64,000 bases of DNA from Octopus sinensis (GCF_006345805.1 NC_043011.1:15326464-15390463); one strand, 5' to 3'. Numbered from the stretch's first letter, positions 1 through 13,739 are shown. The notes: generated by a model not told the origin, from the sequence alone. A program made the numbers and translations.

Positions 1-319
1 GAAACTGGTGCAGTCGATATTTCTGATTTTCAGAATAGCTGGCGGGAAATGGATAATATAGTTAAACACCTTAACAGTATCAACCTGTAAAACGTTATGA
101 CGAATCTAGTTGCATTGAAACTTTCTAAATCACACGAAATTCTAGCAAATCTTCATTATTGTAGAAATGATTTTATTTTAACTTACATCTTTATACTGAA
201 ATCGAAATAATGTTGATTTCGACATCAACTAATTCTCAATTACCACAAGCTACGACTTCTTTTTACAAACACACACGCGCGAGCACGCATTTGCGCACAC
301 ACACACATATATATGTATA

Positions 320-391
<72 letters not shown>

Positions 392-2207
392 CCTATATAT
401 ACATACATACATATTTATGCATACATATATGTGTGTGTATCTCATTTTAACATCTATATTGCAAGCGAAATTGTGACAGCTAGTCGTGTCAAGATAAACG
501 TCTTTATACTTTACTTTCTTGTTTTCGGTTTATCAAAGTGTTAGCTTATAAACGAAGGCAAATTACTCTGACTTCACACAGGGATACGCCTCTATAGCCA
601 TCGTTAGTTATCTGCAATAGGAAAAAAGAAGCAAAAACAATTATATACGAAACTTAAATAAAAATTCACAAAAGGCGTTTGTGTTTTTTTTTTTCGTTAT
701 CATATTATTTCTGACATGTTATTTCTCTTATTAACGTTGTTGGTGTTATTGTTGATAGTATTATATTCACTCTGTAATTTACGTTTGTTTTCGTCATTCT
801 ATTTTGGAATGTAAAAATACCTATTCGTTTTGTGTTTAAGGCAACATAACAGAGTGCTATTTGAGATGTGGAGAATGCGTCTCTGCGTGGGAGCTGAAGA
901 TAACAGAAAAAACAAAACCAAACAAAAGTATTACTAAATATAGATACGTTGTTCAATTTACAACAAAGAGGTTTAGTTCTGAACATGAAGTACATTTCTA
1001 TCTTCGGGATTTTAGAAAATTACAAAAGTCATTTAATTTACGTTTCCTTTTCACTTTGTATTTGTTAATAATACTGTTGGATTGCGGTAGTAAAGGAGGA
1101 GAATCTGAGGAGCACCAATGAAATTTACTAACGGTATAAATAGTAAATTGAGTCTTTAACTGTTCCGATGTTGAAATCACGAAGGCTTCTACTTACTGGT
1201 TTTTTGTCTGTGAATTTCTTATTTGTTTTATTGTGATTGTTGGCCTTTGCTGTTGTTTCGCTTTGTGGTATTTTATTGTCTTGATTCTTTTCCTCTTTGT
1301 ATGGTTACAGTTAAGTATTGGAGTCATTTCTTATCCATTACTTTTCTCGAAATGATTCAGTTGTTTCTTATCCCGTACATCTCGACATGGAAAATAGAAC
1401 ATCAGAAATAGATTGAAGACTGAAGCATAATGGGAGAAACGCTCAAAACAACAAGGCAACGCCATGATAAACTACAGGGAAGAGGACCAATGGTGATATA
1501 TTACAAACATCAAATTAAAATATGAAACAACAAGGCAGCCATCGAAAAGTCCCCCCCTCAAAGAAAAGGAAAAATAAGAAACTGAACAAGACAACAATAG
1601 GAAACTAACCAACCAGAGCAATAATCACAGATCCTTCCCTCAAATGTAATGGAAAACAAGCGAGCCCGAATAACGAAAGAGAAGCAGTTCTTGACTGAAA
1701 ATCGAATGGCGAAAAAAGAAATTCGGTTTCGACAAAATAAATGATACACATAATATACACTAAGTCTCCTCTTCCTCCTGTAGCTGCCAAACTAGGTTAT
1801 TTGAACACACGCGACCGCACACACAGATATGCGTGTGTATATATATATATGCATATATATAAAATTTACTTGGAAGAAGACGACGACGTGTGCGTTCAAT
1901 CATATAATAACAATTTAATAAATAAAACATATGTATACATACATATATATACATACCTACATCTATATGTATATATACATGCATATATGGGTACAGAACA
2001 CCACAAAAAAAACGTAGAACACAACGAGAAACGAAAACATAAAAACAAAGCAAGGAAACGGACTTTTTTTAACAACGAAAAAACAGAGTACAAGACAACA
2101 ACGGTGTCCTGTACCCATATATGCATGTATATATACATATAGATGTAGGTATGTACATATATGTATGTATGCATATGTTTTATTTATTAAATTGTTATGT
2201 ATATATA

Positions 2208-2250
<43 letters not shown>

Positions 2251-3274
2251 TATGCATATACACACTCTCACATACACACGCATATACATGTAACAAGATC
2301 AATTTCATTCGTTGTGTATTCCTAACTATATTTATGGCTTTATGCCAATGCTAGTAATCAATTACGTTGGTGGTTGTTTAGATCCCGAAACTTATGATAA
2401 TTGTCTAATGATCCAATTAAATATCACTCGGGGAATCTTGTTCGCATGATAATAGTTTTTTTTTTTAGCGTCACATTTTAAAACCTGTGTGATTAGTTTG
2501 ATGTATTCTTCTGCATCTCTTGGCTATATACAACAACTACCCTTATCAGCTTTACACCCACAGGTACGATATTTGATTAGAAAGCATAAATGGATAGTGT
2601 TTTACACAAGTGCATGTTGCCTGGATATGCACAACTGAAATCATTAAGAGGATTCTAAACAGAAATAAGGAAACAAAAGCAAAAGCACTTATCATTCAAG
2701 GCGCTACTCGTCTTTCAAATCGCAATATTATAATGAGACAGTAAAAAAAAAAAGAAAAAGAAAACAGAGAAAAAATCAATATCGGTAAAATGCCATAAAA
2801 ATAACTGAAATCGCCAATTAGTAGAATGTATGTTATGAATAAACAAAGAAGAAAGCCTAAAATTTTCAGGGAGAACACTTTCTTAGTGAGAAGTGTCACC
2901 CATTGGCTGGAAGATTGGAATAAAATTTTACCCACGTTAAATGTTATTTTGATAGACCGGTAAATTCATTTGGAAGCAGTATACACTCATTTGATGACTG
3001 ATATTTGTTTCAAATTTTGGTACAAGGTCAAAAATTTCAGGGGTAGGACAACTACTTATTTTACCGACCTCGATGGAAAAAAGGGCAAGTCGACCTCGGC
3101 AGAATTTACATACGATAAATAATATTATAAGCTAAAAGATAAGAAGCAAGCTGAAACAATAATTAGCTCGCCGGGCGAAGTGTTTGGCATTTCGACTGTC
3201 TTTACGTCCTCAGTTCAAATTCCGCTGAGGTCGACTTCGTCTTTTACTCTTTCGGCGTCCATAAAATAAGTACC

Positions 3275-3504
3275 TATTCCTTTACTACCCACAAGGAGCT
3301 AAAGACAGAGAGGACAAACAAGGACAGAAAAACGGATTAAGTCGATTATATCGATCCCAGTGCGTAACTGGTACTTATTTAATCGACCCCGAAAGGATGA
3401 AAGGCAAAGTCGACCTCGGCAGAATTTGAACTCAGAACGAAACGGCAGACGAAATACCGCTAAGCACTTCGACCCGCGTGCTAAAGATTCTGCCAGCTCC
3501 CCGT
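3275..3504 (-). mobile_element. OK-like tRNA SINE nested in an opposite-strand relative
   Basis: 15-bp TSD CATAAAATAAGTACC at 3260-3274 and 3505-3519; B box GAGTTCAAATTC. Confidence 0.85.
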
Positions 3505-4297
3505 CATAAAATAAGTACCGGTTGAGTACTGGGGTTAATGTAATCGACGTACTTCTTTCTTCGAAATTGCTGGCCTTGTATCAACATTTGAAAGGCAACG
3601 AGCTGGGAGAATCGTTAGCGAGCCGGGCAAAATGCTTATCGGCGTTTTGTCCATCTTTGCGTTCTAGGTTCGAATTCGGCGATGGTCAACTTAGCAATTC
3701 ATCATCTACGTGGCCGATAAAAGAAATACCAGCAGAACGCTGGATTATGGTTCGCAAAAATGACTAAATATTTTGCAGTCACATTGATTTACTCAACAAC
3801 TATAAGATATTGTGCAAATACATACATAGATAATACACACACACGCACACGCACACACGCGCACACGCACACACGCGCACACGCACACACACACACACAT
3901 ATTTATATTGGTTTATTTTGGGATGGTTATTTTATATTGCCAAATAAACACACGCATTATATATTGTTCTTCCCTCGTTTATTACTGTTCTTATCATAAC
4001 TCATGTCCATTGTCCTGAAATCTTTCGTCACATATCTGTAACCTCTTCAGCGACACTTTGCGTCCTCGTGTGTACCCCTGCTTTGTTTAGACCATTCTTG
4101 TGTGACGAAATATTTGCAGACAATGGACATAAGTTAAAATAAGAAGAGCGATAAACGAGTGAAGAGCCAGTATATAGTGGGTGTGAATATTTAGTAAAAA
4201 AATGACCCTCCCGAAATACAACGTTATCTGCTTCAACACACGGTTTCACATCCGGTATCTTGCAACATAATTTCAGAAACGTATATAAGTGTATATA

Positions 4298-4338
<41 letters not shown>

Positions 4339-4513
4339 GTATATATATAAAGGGAAAGCAACAGGTTGCTTTGCCACATATCGAAAATTTAGAAATAGCG
4401 GTCAAATACCGCTTATTTTTATTTTCCACAAATATAACTCCACATATAACATATACATGTAACTCTCACACATGCAAAAGAAGGAAAAATAACGAAAACA
4501 AAGTCTTCGATCA

Positions 4514-4573
4514 GTTACGGACGCGTTTCTGGGTTAGAATTATATAGAATTTCATTCCCGTCTTCAGCGTAAC
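4514..4573 (-). ncRNA. Minimal type I hammerhead ribozyme motif (Penelope-type)
   Basis: Minus strand: GUUACG-CUGAAGA-CGGG...CCCA-GAAAC-GC-GUC-CGUAAC. Perfect 6-bp stem I, palindromic stem III ACGCGU, GUC cleavage triplet, one C-A mismatch closing stem II. Confidence 0.8.
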
Positions 4574-6099
4574 ATTCCATTAGATAGATTTGCAAATGCT
4601 ATTTACATACCTCATGCTTCCCGACTTCGTCAAATCTATATAGACGAATGAATTCTTATTTCCCCTCCAAAATTTACCATGTGTGTTACAAAAATATTTC
4701 CTCAGAAAGAGAACTGTGGTTTGTCATAAAGGAGTGAATAATTCTATTATTAATAATATGAGTGTAAATAATTATTAATTTTAAAATCAACAATTATTTC
4801 TGGGTAGTTCTCGGTATGGAAATATAACCATTATTGACTGTTATTTCTAAATTTTCGGTATGTGGCTAAGCAACCTGTTGCTTATCCTTTATATACATAT
4901 ATAAAGAACATTTTGAAAAAGTTCCTACCGATAATGGTTATATTTCCATACCGGGCACTACCCGAAAATAATTGTTGATTTATTAATATATAAATATATA
5001 TATATATTCATTCATACACATATGCAGTAGAGTTTATGAAGACATATCGTTTTAGCGAAGCCGGGAAAAAGCATGACAAGCTTCCCGAGTTTGAAGTGAA
5101 CGTTCCAAATATTTGTGTTCGATGCTCGATTTCTCAAAGCTCGGGGAGACAATTTGTGAAGTGTTTCTTAATTACCATATTCACGTACATTTTGCGCCAA
5201 TTTGTATTCCATCTGAACGCAATCACGTGTGTATTTGTATATATATGATGTGTAATTCTGCGTGCTTGTGAACCTACGTTTATTTCCAGTTAGTTCATTC
5301 ATAATAGTACTCCGACACCTGTTTCGATTGCACCAACTACATATTAGTGCATATTCATACGCGGCGATTTATGCATTATAAGTAGATCTCTGCAGAGCAT
5401 ATAAGTATGGCATTTTTCGAAGAGAAATTTTCCTCTGCTACTGTTAACATTAGGTTTGGTTGTAGTAGTCGTAGTTAATCACGACATACTTCCACGAGAT
5501 GTTTTTCTCAACTGTTTGTTTGGGAAAAATTCAGAAGCAGCTGCAGTAGTGTTTGCTGAAATTTTTGGTTTGGTGGAAAGTGATTACTTATAGAATAATT
5601 ATTATTGATTCTACATACTTTATAATCATAGGGTATTTTGATGGATTTCAGATCTGATTGCATTATTTGAAATTTGTGAAGGTTATTAATAGTAGTAATG
5701 GATAATTACTAAGCAGCAAGAACCACGTGGTTATTAAAGAGAAGTAGTCTGTTGTATTTTTAATTCTTGTAGTTTATTATGGTTGTAAAGTGATTTTAGT
5801 TTATATTTTATACAACCTTATAATTTGAATTCTTTCCTTCTTTTCTTTATATGTGTTTTTATTATTATAGTTATTATTGTTATGTTTAGAAAAAAAGTTT
5901 ATTGAAATTATATAAATTAATGTATTGTGTTATTTAAATTTTTAAATAAAATAACGTGGTTTATATAAGCAAATGAAACTTCTGTCTTGTCTAGTGTAAA
6001 GTAATTTATTTTTCGAATAAATGTTTGGTATAATTCCTCTAGGCATAGATTGCCTTTTCGTCCCTTATTATACATAAGTATCAATATATGTGTGCATGT

Positions 6100-6108
6100 C
6101 CCATAAAG

Positions 6109-6182
<74 letters not shown>

Positions 6183-6360
6183 ACATACATACATACGTTC
6201 ATATATATATATATAAGCACGAATTACCCGTCTTTTTTTGCCAGTCGTTCTAATTGTTGTTTCTCTTGTGTGCCTTTGTATCATCTAACAGTCCGAATGT
6301 TTTAATGTCCTCTATTGCGTTTTGTTCATTTATATATATATATATATATATAATATATAT

Positions 6361-6406
<46 letters not shown>

Positions 6407-6422
6407 TATAATATATATATAT

Positions 6423-6513
<91 letters not shown>

Positions 6514-6535
6514 GATATAGATATAAGTATATATT
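6100..6535. repeat. (TA)n and (GATA)n microsatellite cluster
   Basis: Direct reading. Confidence 0.9.
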
Positions 6536-7447
6536 TTTCTACATAATTCTACTCAAACACACGCGGCACGCACGTGTGCGATGTTTTGCCCACATCTGCT
6601 GGTTGTGGGTATTTAAGCATGCACACATACATATTGATACTTATCAATATGTTTCTCTATCTATATCTATATCTGCCCGCAGGTGTGTGTGCCAGTCCGC
6701 GTGTCTCTGTGTGTAAATGAATATTTTATGTTTGTAGGCGTAACTCTGAATTAGAATTCATTTTAGAAGTGTTTAAATATTTAACGTTCATCATAAAGTG
6801 AACCTACGTCTTTTGGTCAGGTGTAGAAGCGTATCGGAGTTTTATTGCTGTTATCTGTAGATCTCCCTGCGGATATACAAACTATGAACCGATTATCAAA
6901 CTACTACATGTATGATACAATTATCTTCTTAGCCATTGCTGCTTATTTTTATATGAATTAAACGCGTTCATAGCTTGCGGCGCGAAAAGTAATTTTCCTG
7001 ATTAATGGAGCAGTTATAGATTATTTAATTAAAGACAAGAATTCTCTCCCAGAGAAGCATAAATAATCATAACTGAAATTTAAGCAAGACAACTAATATT
7101 TATGCAATATTATTATATACCGTCAGTATTTTACTTAATTTAGTTTAAATCGGAAAGGTTTCTAAATTTTTCGTGCTTTCAATAAACATAGACATTAATC
7201 AAATGCCAGTAAATTAAATTATTGAGATAAATTCAATCCTTATTCTCTATATAATTAATTTTATGTTCACAGGTTTCAATAATAGAAACATATTTCTTCA
7301 TTTGTATTAGTTTAAACTCTTATGTTGATACAGCCCGTTTCGTATGCGATGACTAACAACACAGTTGTGTAGAATCAACGTTTCACAAGATTATACTGTG
7401 CATTTATTAATCAGTGATGCTTTCATATACATACATACAAACATACG

Positions 7448-7880
7448 TACGCAGTCTGATCAATAAGTATCCAGACTGTTGCCATAGTAACGAAGCTAAA
7501 GCATGCAGAGTGAAGCCGCTTGGTACATATTGGCCTTAAACTCTGCTGTGCATGTGCGTTGTTTTAACGTTCTAACTAGCTTTGGCTGTTTACAGTACTG
7601 CTTGGAAGGAACATGTGTAGCGTATGATCGTCACATTGACCATGACAGAAAGTTGAGCTGAGAATCTGCATCAAATTTGCTAAAACCATGCGATACTTGC
7701 ACAGTTTTCAAGAAGTTTTCATCGTCCTTGACACAATGACAGAAAATGTGCAAGTGAAACCCGAGTGTCAGCTGAATTCAGTTTTGGCGTAAAAATGGCA
7801 GACACACATCTCATGCCCAAATCTTCAGTGATGATGGCCTGAACTGAACAGTAACTAATCTGCACATCGCCTGATAACTC
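7448..7880 (+). mobile_element. Mariner 5' remnant (left TIR + N-terminal HTH)
   Basis: TA-CGCAGTCTGATCAATAAGTATCC terminus; AGAATCTGCATCAAATTT (RICIKF). Confidence 0.6.
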
Positions 7881-8386
7881 ACACATAGTGATTCAACAAT
7901 TTTCCCTCTCTGCTGCGCACACATCTGCGGTGTTTTACTCAGTTGTGCTGGTTGTGGCTCTCTTAGAACGTTCGTCAATATCGACATTTTTTCAGCGATC
8001 TTGGAAACGTCTGAACCAATCGTACACTTGTATGCGACTCATACACTCCTCTCCATACACTTTCGGAGACATAAACACAGAAACAAAAACATACAGACAC
8101 AAATATACATACGTAGATAAACACACACATATATAGGAAACCAAATATCAACAACAAATAAGAGTCACAGGAAGCTAGCTGGTTGCTATAGCAACAATTT
8201 TCCGCGCATGTCTACTCCACACAAACTCACACACACATCTGCAACATTCGTTAATTTCTTGAGGATGGCGTCATAACCCCGAAATATTGAATGCAAGCTA
8301 AGTCTACATTAATTCATATATTTGTTTTCTTGTGATTTGCTTGGCTTTTACTTCGCATTCTTCTGGCCTTACCACGATCCTTTATA

Positions 8387-8485
<99 letters not shown>

Positions 8486-8549
8486 CACAAAACATCTGTT
8501 TGTACAAAACAAACAGATGTATTAATATAACGCTCAGGAATAGAAAAAG

Positions 8550-8587
8550 TCTTTTACGTTTCGAGCCTACGCTCTTCTACAGAAAAA
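8550..8587 (-). ncRNA. Hammerhead-like motif with CUGUAGA core
   Basis: Minus strand: UUUUU-CUGUAGA-A-GAGC(GUAG)GCUC-GAAAC-GUA-AAAGA. Confidence 0.6.
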
Positions 8588-8675
8588 GCAAGGAGAGAAA
8601 CAAGAGAGAAAAAAATGTGTATGGTGGCTAACGGTCTATCATGGCGACAATCTATCATCTATCTATCTATCTATC

Positions 8676-8768
<93 letters not shown>

Positions 8769-8851
8769 GTGTGTGTGTGTGTATATACACAAAACATCTG
8801 TTTGTACAAAACAAACAGATGTATTAATATAACGCTCAGGAATAGAAAAAG

Positions 8852-8889
8852 TCTTTTACGTTTCGAGCCTACGCTCTTCTACAGAAAAA
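8852..8889 (-). ncRNA. Hammerhead-like motif with CUGUAGA core (tandem copy, +302 bp)
   Basis: Identical to 8550-8587. Confidence 0.6.
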
Positions 8890-8959
8890 GCAAGGAGAGA
8901 AACAAGGAGAGAAAAAAATGTGTATGGTGGCTAACGGTCTATCATGGCGACAATCTATC

Positions 8960-9055
<96 letters not shown>

Positions 9056-9395
9056 AGAGAGAGATAGATAGATACATACATACATACATACAGAAACACA
9101 CACATAAATACATACATGCATATACATACATACATACACACATACATACACAAATAGATACATACATGCATATAGATAGATGGTTAGGTAGATAGATACA
9201 TACTGAAGTATAGCTATTTCGAATGGGATAGTATGATGGTTAACCAATTCTTAGAACTCCATATAAATTCATATATATATATGAAATACCATTTGTCCTC
9301 CGATTTTCTCTCCATATATTATACACGTTTGAATATTTTAGTGAATGTATATCCAAGGACAGAAGAAATCAGAAAGTATATCATTTTATATCTTT

Positions 9396-9810
9396 ACTCT
9401 TTTACTTGTTTCAGTCATTTGACTACGGCCATGCTAGAACACCGCCTTTAGTCGAGCAAATCGACCCCAGGACTTATTTTTTGTAACCCTAGTACTTATT
9501 CTATCGACCTCTTTTGCCGAACCGCTAAGTTACGGGGACGTAGACACACCAGCATCGGTTGTCAATCAACGTTGGGGTGACTAACACAGACAGATAAACA
9601 TATATACATACGCACACATATATATATGTATATATATATACATATATACGATGGGCTTCTTGCAGTTTCCGTCTACCAAATCCACTCACAAGGCTTTGGT
9701 CGGCCCGAGGCTATAGCAGAAGACACTTGCCTAAGGTGGCACGGGGTGGGACTGAACCCGGAACCATGTGGTTGGTAAGCAAGCTTCTTACCACACAGCC
9801 ACTCCTACGC
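9396..9810 (-). mobile_element. CORE-type tRNA SINE (octopus OR-like)
   Basis: Minus strand GGCGTAGGAGTGGCTGTGTGG...GGTTCAGTCCC...CACCTTAGGCAAGTG (CORE-like); homologous to five other copies in the window. Confidence 0.8.
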
Positions 9811-11153
9811 CAACTGTGTATAAACTCAAGATAACCTTCTTCACACACCTGTGATCCCTCTGAAGTTCATAATTATTACAAGAAGATAATGATCACAATA
9901 TAACTCGAAATTTTAAATTGTAATAAAGGAAATTTAACGAACAAGATGCATACAATTGACAAATTTAATTCTTTTTCTTACATAATACGAACTTTTTTCA
10001 AATTTCTATCCTTGGTAATCATACATAGCACTATTTCATATTCTCTTTAGAAATCAGCAACATACATAGCTTCTGACTTATTAATTAAACATTTTATAAA
10101 GTGAAATATTTCACTAAAATAAAACTGACATTTGGGAGAAAATTCCCAGAATCTGTTTTTACTTCTACACAGAACGCTAAAAATTTAGAAAAAGAGAGAA
10201 TAGAAAGAAAGTTCTTTAGTTTTACATATAGCGCAATGACCATTTCCAGGGAATTCTATCTTTTGAAAATGTCTTATAGTAACCAGTAATTTTTGCTTTC
10301 ATAAGTCGTTTTCCAATGTATTCTATGAGTAGACATTTGTTTCAAACCGTTACTTTTGAATGATATTCCTCAGCGTGCGTTGTCGATCAGATAACTTTTC
10401 ATAAACGTATAAACCTAAGTTGTCGTTAACAGCTTAAAATGGATTTTTACGAATTCATAGTTAGAATTCTTCAAACACATTGTTTGTATAGCAGTTAAGA
10501 AAAAGAAGGTTATTATGTTATTTCTTTATGAGTGAAAGAAAGAAAAAAAAAACGAATACCTGTAATCAGGCTGCCTAGGGAAACAAAAAGGATGGTAACT
10601 GTCTAAGCTGTCAAAGATCAAAGAAGATACTACGTTTACAAAGATGAATGGTTTAGAATGAAGGCTGTACTGGTGAGAAAAGCCTAGAATTTGGTTAGCC
10701 AGAAATAGCCATACGTATTGTACACAAACACGCACGCTAACAACCTTCCATAAACGGACTGGGTGTAGTGACTAGTGTAGGGTCAGTGAGTTGGCTACAA
10801 GAATAATGGTGGAAAGTTGCAAATGAAACAGGAATGTATGAAGAGAGGTTGCATAAGCCTATCAAGCTCCGAGTAGTAGGAACGAAATAACAGTAGAAAA
10901 AAACTGTAAGAGGAGAGATAAGCCCTAAGGACCAGAGGCTGGGGTGTGTCTATCAGGGATTTTATGGGAATCACTAGGTGTTCTTCACGCAGTGTTGTGC
11001 CGGTTGTCTGTTTTTAGCAGTAGCACCACGTTTGATCTTTGTTTGAAACATCATTTTTCACATTATTTACATTATTTACATTTGATGGATATTTGTCCTC
11101 ATCTTGTCATGGGGTTGTCCTCTTCTTTTTAGGTGTCTTGGGGAAATGCCCGC

Positions 11154-11225
11154 GGGCATATGGCGTAGTGGTTAAGAGAGCGGGCTACTAACCTCCAAAT
11201 TCCTAGTTCGATTCCAAGCAGTGAT

Positions 11226-11299
<74 letters not shown>

Positions 11300-11603
11300 A
11301 GAATTTGCGCGTGTAATCTGGGAATGCATACAATGAGCTTTCTCTGCCCTAGGTGTATGGAAAACACTCGTCGAGAAACGGAAGAAAATTTGAAGAAAGA
11401 AGGAAAAAACATAATAATAATAATAATAACATCGAAAAATACCTTAGGAATGAGAACCAAGGTTCGAAATGTCTCCGAGACACTTAATGAAGGCTGGAGG
11501 GTATATCAGACGAAACGTTGTGTTAGCAAGAAACAAGATGAGGACAAATATCCCTCAAATGTCAATAATGTACATAATTCCTCATCACTTAAATATAAAA
11601 CTA
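11154..11603 (+). mobile_element. Second copy of the tRNA-head/(AAT)n/HHR-tail SINE, with an unrelated insert at about 11295-11405
   Basis: Head 11154-11228 (TGGCGTAGTGG ... AGTTCGATTCC), (AAT)n, tail 11430-11603 homologous to 60985-61160. Confidence 0.75.
11479..11524 (+). ncRNA. Degenerate hammerhead motif, same family
   Basis: GACAC-TTAATGA-AGGCTG...CAGAC-GAAAC-GTT-GTGTT; core mutated, probably inactive. Confidence 0.5.
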
Positions 11604-12829
11604 TATCATTATTCACGTCAATTTCCTGGTTTGTAATGTCTATTATATACGTTTCTCTGTTATGTATATAATATAATTTTCTCTGGTATATATAAAGTAT
11701 ACTGCTCTCCATTTTTAATGTGGTACGGTGAAGTTCGAAGGTGAGTTGATTGCTTATTCGATCAGATTGAGCGACTGAGTAACAGTTCCTATGCCGGCTC
11801 CATCTCATGCATAAGATACCAAAAATATTTCTGATGCTGTTAGAATAGCAGAAATAGTACAATACTAGAAATAGTATTTTTCCGATATCAGCTTCTAAAT
11901 TCCCAGTCTTACTAGTATCGATAATTGCTTTTCTATTCCCTGAGGTCGATAGCAGAAGTCTCAATAATATGCTGATATACGCGTTCAGCTACATGTTTCG
12001 CTTCACCCAATATATTTCTGAACTTTTGTTAAGGTAAGAAATGCTTTTAAGCCGCATATCACGCTTTGAACAAACCTATAATCAAAATCACTCCAGCCAT
12101 AACCACCCTGTCTTTTTTCCTATGTGTCTAGGACTAAAGTATCTAATATGTCCTTTCTAGTGTGAGGGAGCGGTGTTTGACTGGAGGGAGATTTGTTTCC
12201 TTTAAGAGTACGATGTGCGAGTATGTAGACCTACCCTACATACATTTTACTAATTTCAGTCATTTGACTGTGGCTATGCTAAGGCACCATCATTCAGGGA
12301 TTACTCAATTATATTGACCACTAAGTATAACACTAATGTTCATAAAATACTTCTTTTAGATTCTTAATATCTCAACGTGTATTTGTCGAATTATTGCGTT
12401 ACAGGAAGAAGGGTCACAATGAAAAAAAGCATAACACAGACATAGAAATGGAAAATGTGCAGAAAACCTAAGATATCACAAAGTGGGCACGAACCTGGAA
12501 CTATTTGGTTACAAAGGGAGTTTCTTACTGATAGAGCTGTGTTTGCGCCCTAAGTTGTGTCTTTCTAATCATATTTACTTAAGTTATTGAAAATACAGAA
12601 AAAAAGGCCGTAGAGAATAATGAATGTCAGAGTTTCGTTTTGCTGGTGAGCAAACTATGTCGGTTGTTCTTGAAATAAACTCTGGTGAATATAAAAGAGA
12701 ATACACCCATTGAAGCTTTATTATAGAAATATGGGAAACGACTACGTGAAAGTAGGGATCGTTACATTGCATTACATTACGAATTATCGATAAGTAATTT
12801 TGTTCTCCTATGTGTTAGAGATATATATT

Positions 12830-13420
12830 AGTTTCAAATTTTGGCACAGGCCAGCAAAAATTGATGGAGGAGGTTAGTCGATCACATCGACCCTATTGCT
12901 CAACCAGTACTTGTTTTATCCATCCCGAAAGAATGAAAGTAAAATCGACCTCGGCGAAATTTGAACTCAGAACGTACAGGCAGATGAAATGCGATTAAGC
13001 ATGGTAAAATTCTGGTAACGATTCACTTCTACTCTAGGCACAAGGCCCCCGAAATTTTGGGGGAGGGGCCAGTCGATTAGATCGACCCCTGTACACAACT
13101 GGTACTTGATTTACCAACCGGGAAAAGATAAAAGGCAAAGTCGATCTCGGCAGGGTTTGAACTCAGAACGTAGCGGCAGACGAAATACCTATTTCTTTAC
13201 TACCCTCAAGGGGCTAAACACAGAGAGGACAAACAAGAACAGACAAACGGATTAAGTCGATTAAATCGACCCCAGTGCGTAACTGGTACTTATTTAATCG
13301 ACCACGAAATGATGAAAGGCAAAGTCGACCTCTGCGGAATTTGAACTCAGAACGTCGCGGCAGACGAAATACCACCAAGCATTTCGACCGGCGTGCTAAT
13401 GTTTCTGCTAGCTCACCGCC
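12830..13420 (-). mobile_element. Cluster of nested OK-like SINEs
   Basis: Three AAAGTCGACCTCGGC...TTGAACTCAGAACG-type blocks (about 12940, 13140, 13325). Confidence 0.8.
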
Positions 13421-13739
13421 TTATGTTAGAAATATATATATAGTATGTCATATGATGGTTGATAAAAATGCCTAGCTACTAATGTTTGGCCTCTTCTATG
13501 GTTGAGTGGATATGAATTATATCTTATCGTGGGATGATCACTGTCCTTTGATATTTTCCATAGAAATATTCAATAGTTCCATAACAACGAAGCCTCTGCT
13601 AATAGGTAACAGGAACCGGTTGCTCGGAATTAAGAGTATTATCGACGAACATGATGAAGCACCTAAGGTAAGATTCGAACGACTTGTCCTCCACCTTATA
13701 TTCGTTATCCTATTGACTCGGGGACACGCAATCTCACGA

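Larger units (their letters stand above)
8481..9025. repeat. 302-bp tandem duplication (pLTR-like unit + microsatellites)
   Basis: 8481-8720 repeats at 8783-9025 with a 1-bp indel and different microsatellite lengths. Confidence 0.9.

Noticed and set aside
5300-5375. Hammerhead-like relic on the minus strand (GAAACAGGTGTC, stem TGCAC/GTGCA)
   Set aside because: Core reads CGTATGA and no stem I can be formed; at most a decayed relic.
8481-9025. CRISPR-like repeat-spacer array
   Set aside because: Eukaryotic context, only two long units, microsatellite spacers, no cas genes.
11154-11228. Possible tRNA gene (also 17966, 32925, 60799)
   Set aside because: A/B boxes are present but acceptor and anticodon stems are imperfect, and each is attached to a SINE body.
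11506-11964. 152-aa minus-strand ORF with a hydrophobic, GPCR-tail-like segment
   Set aside because: No diagnostic motif, and the 3' part is antisense SINE tail.
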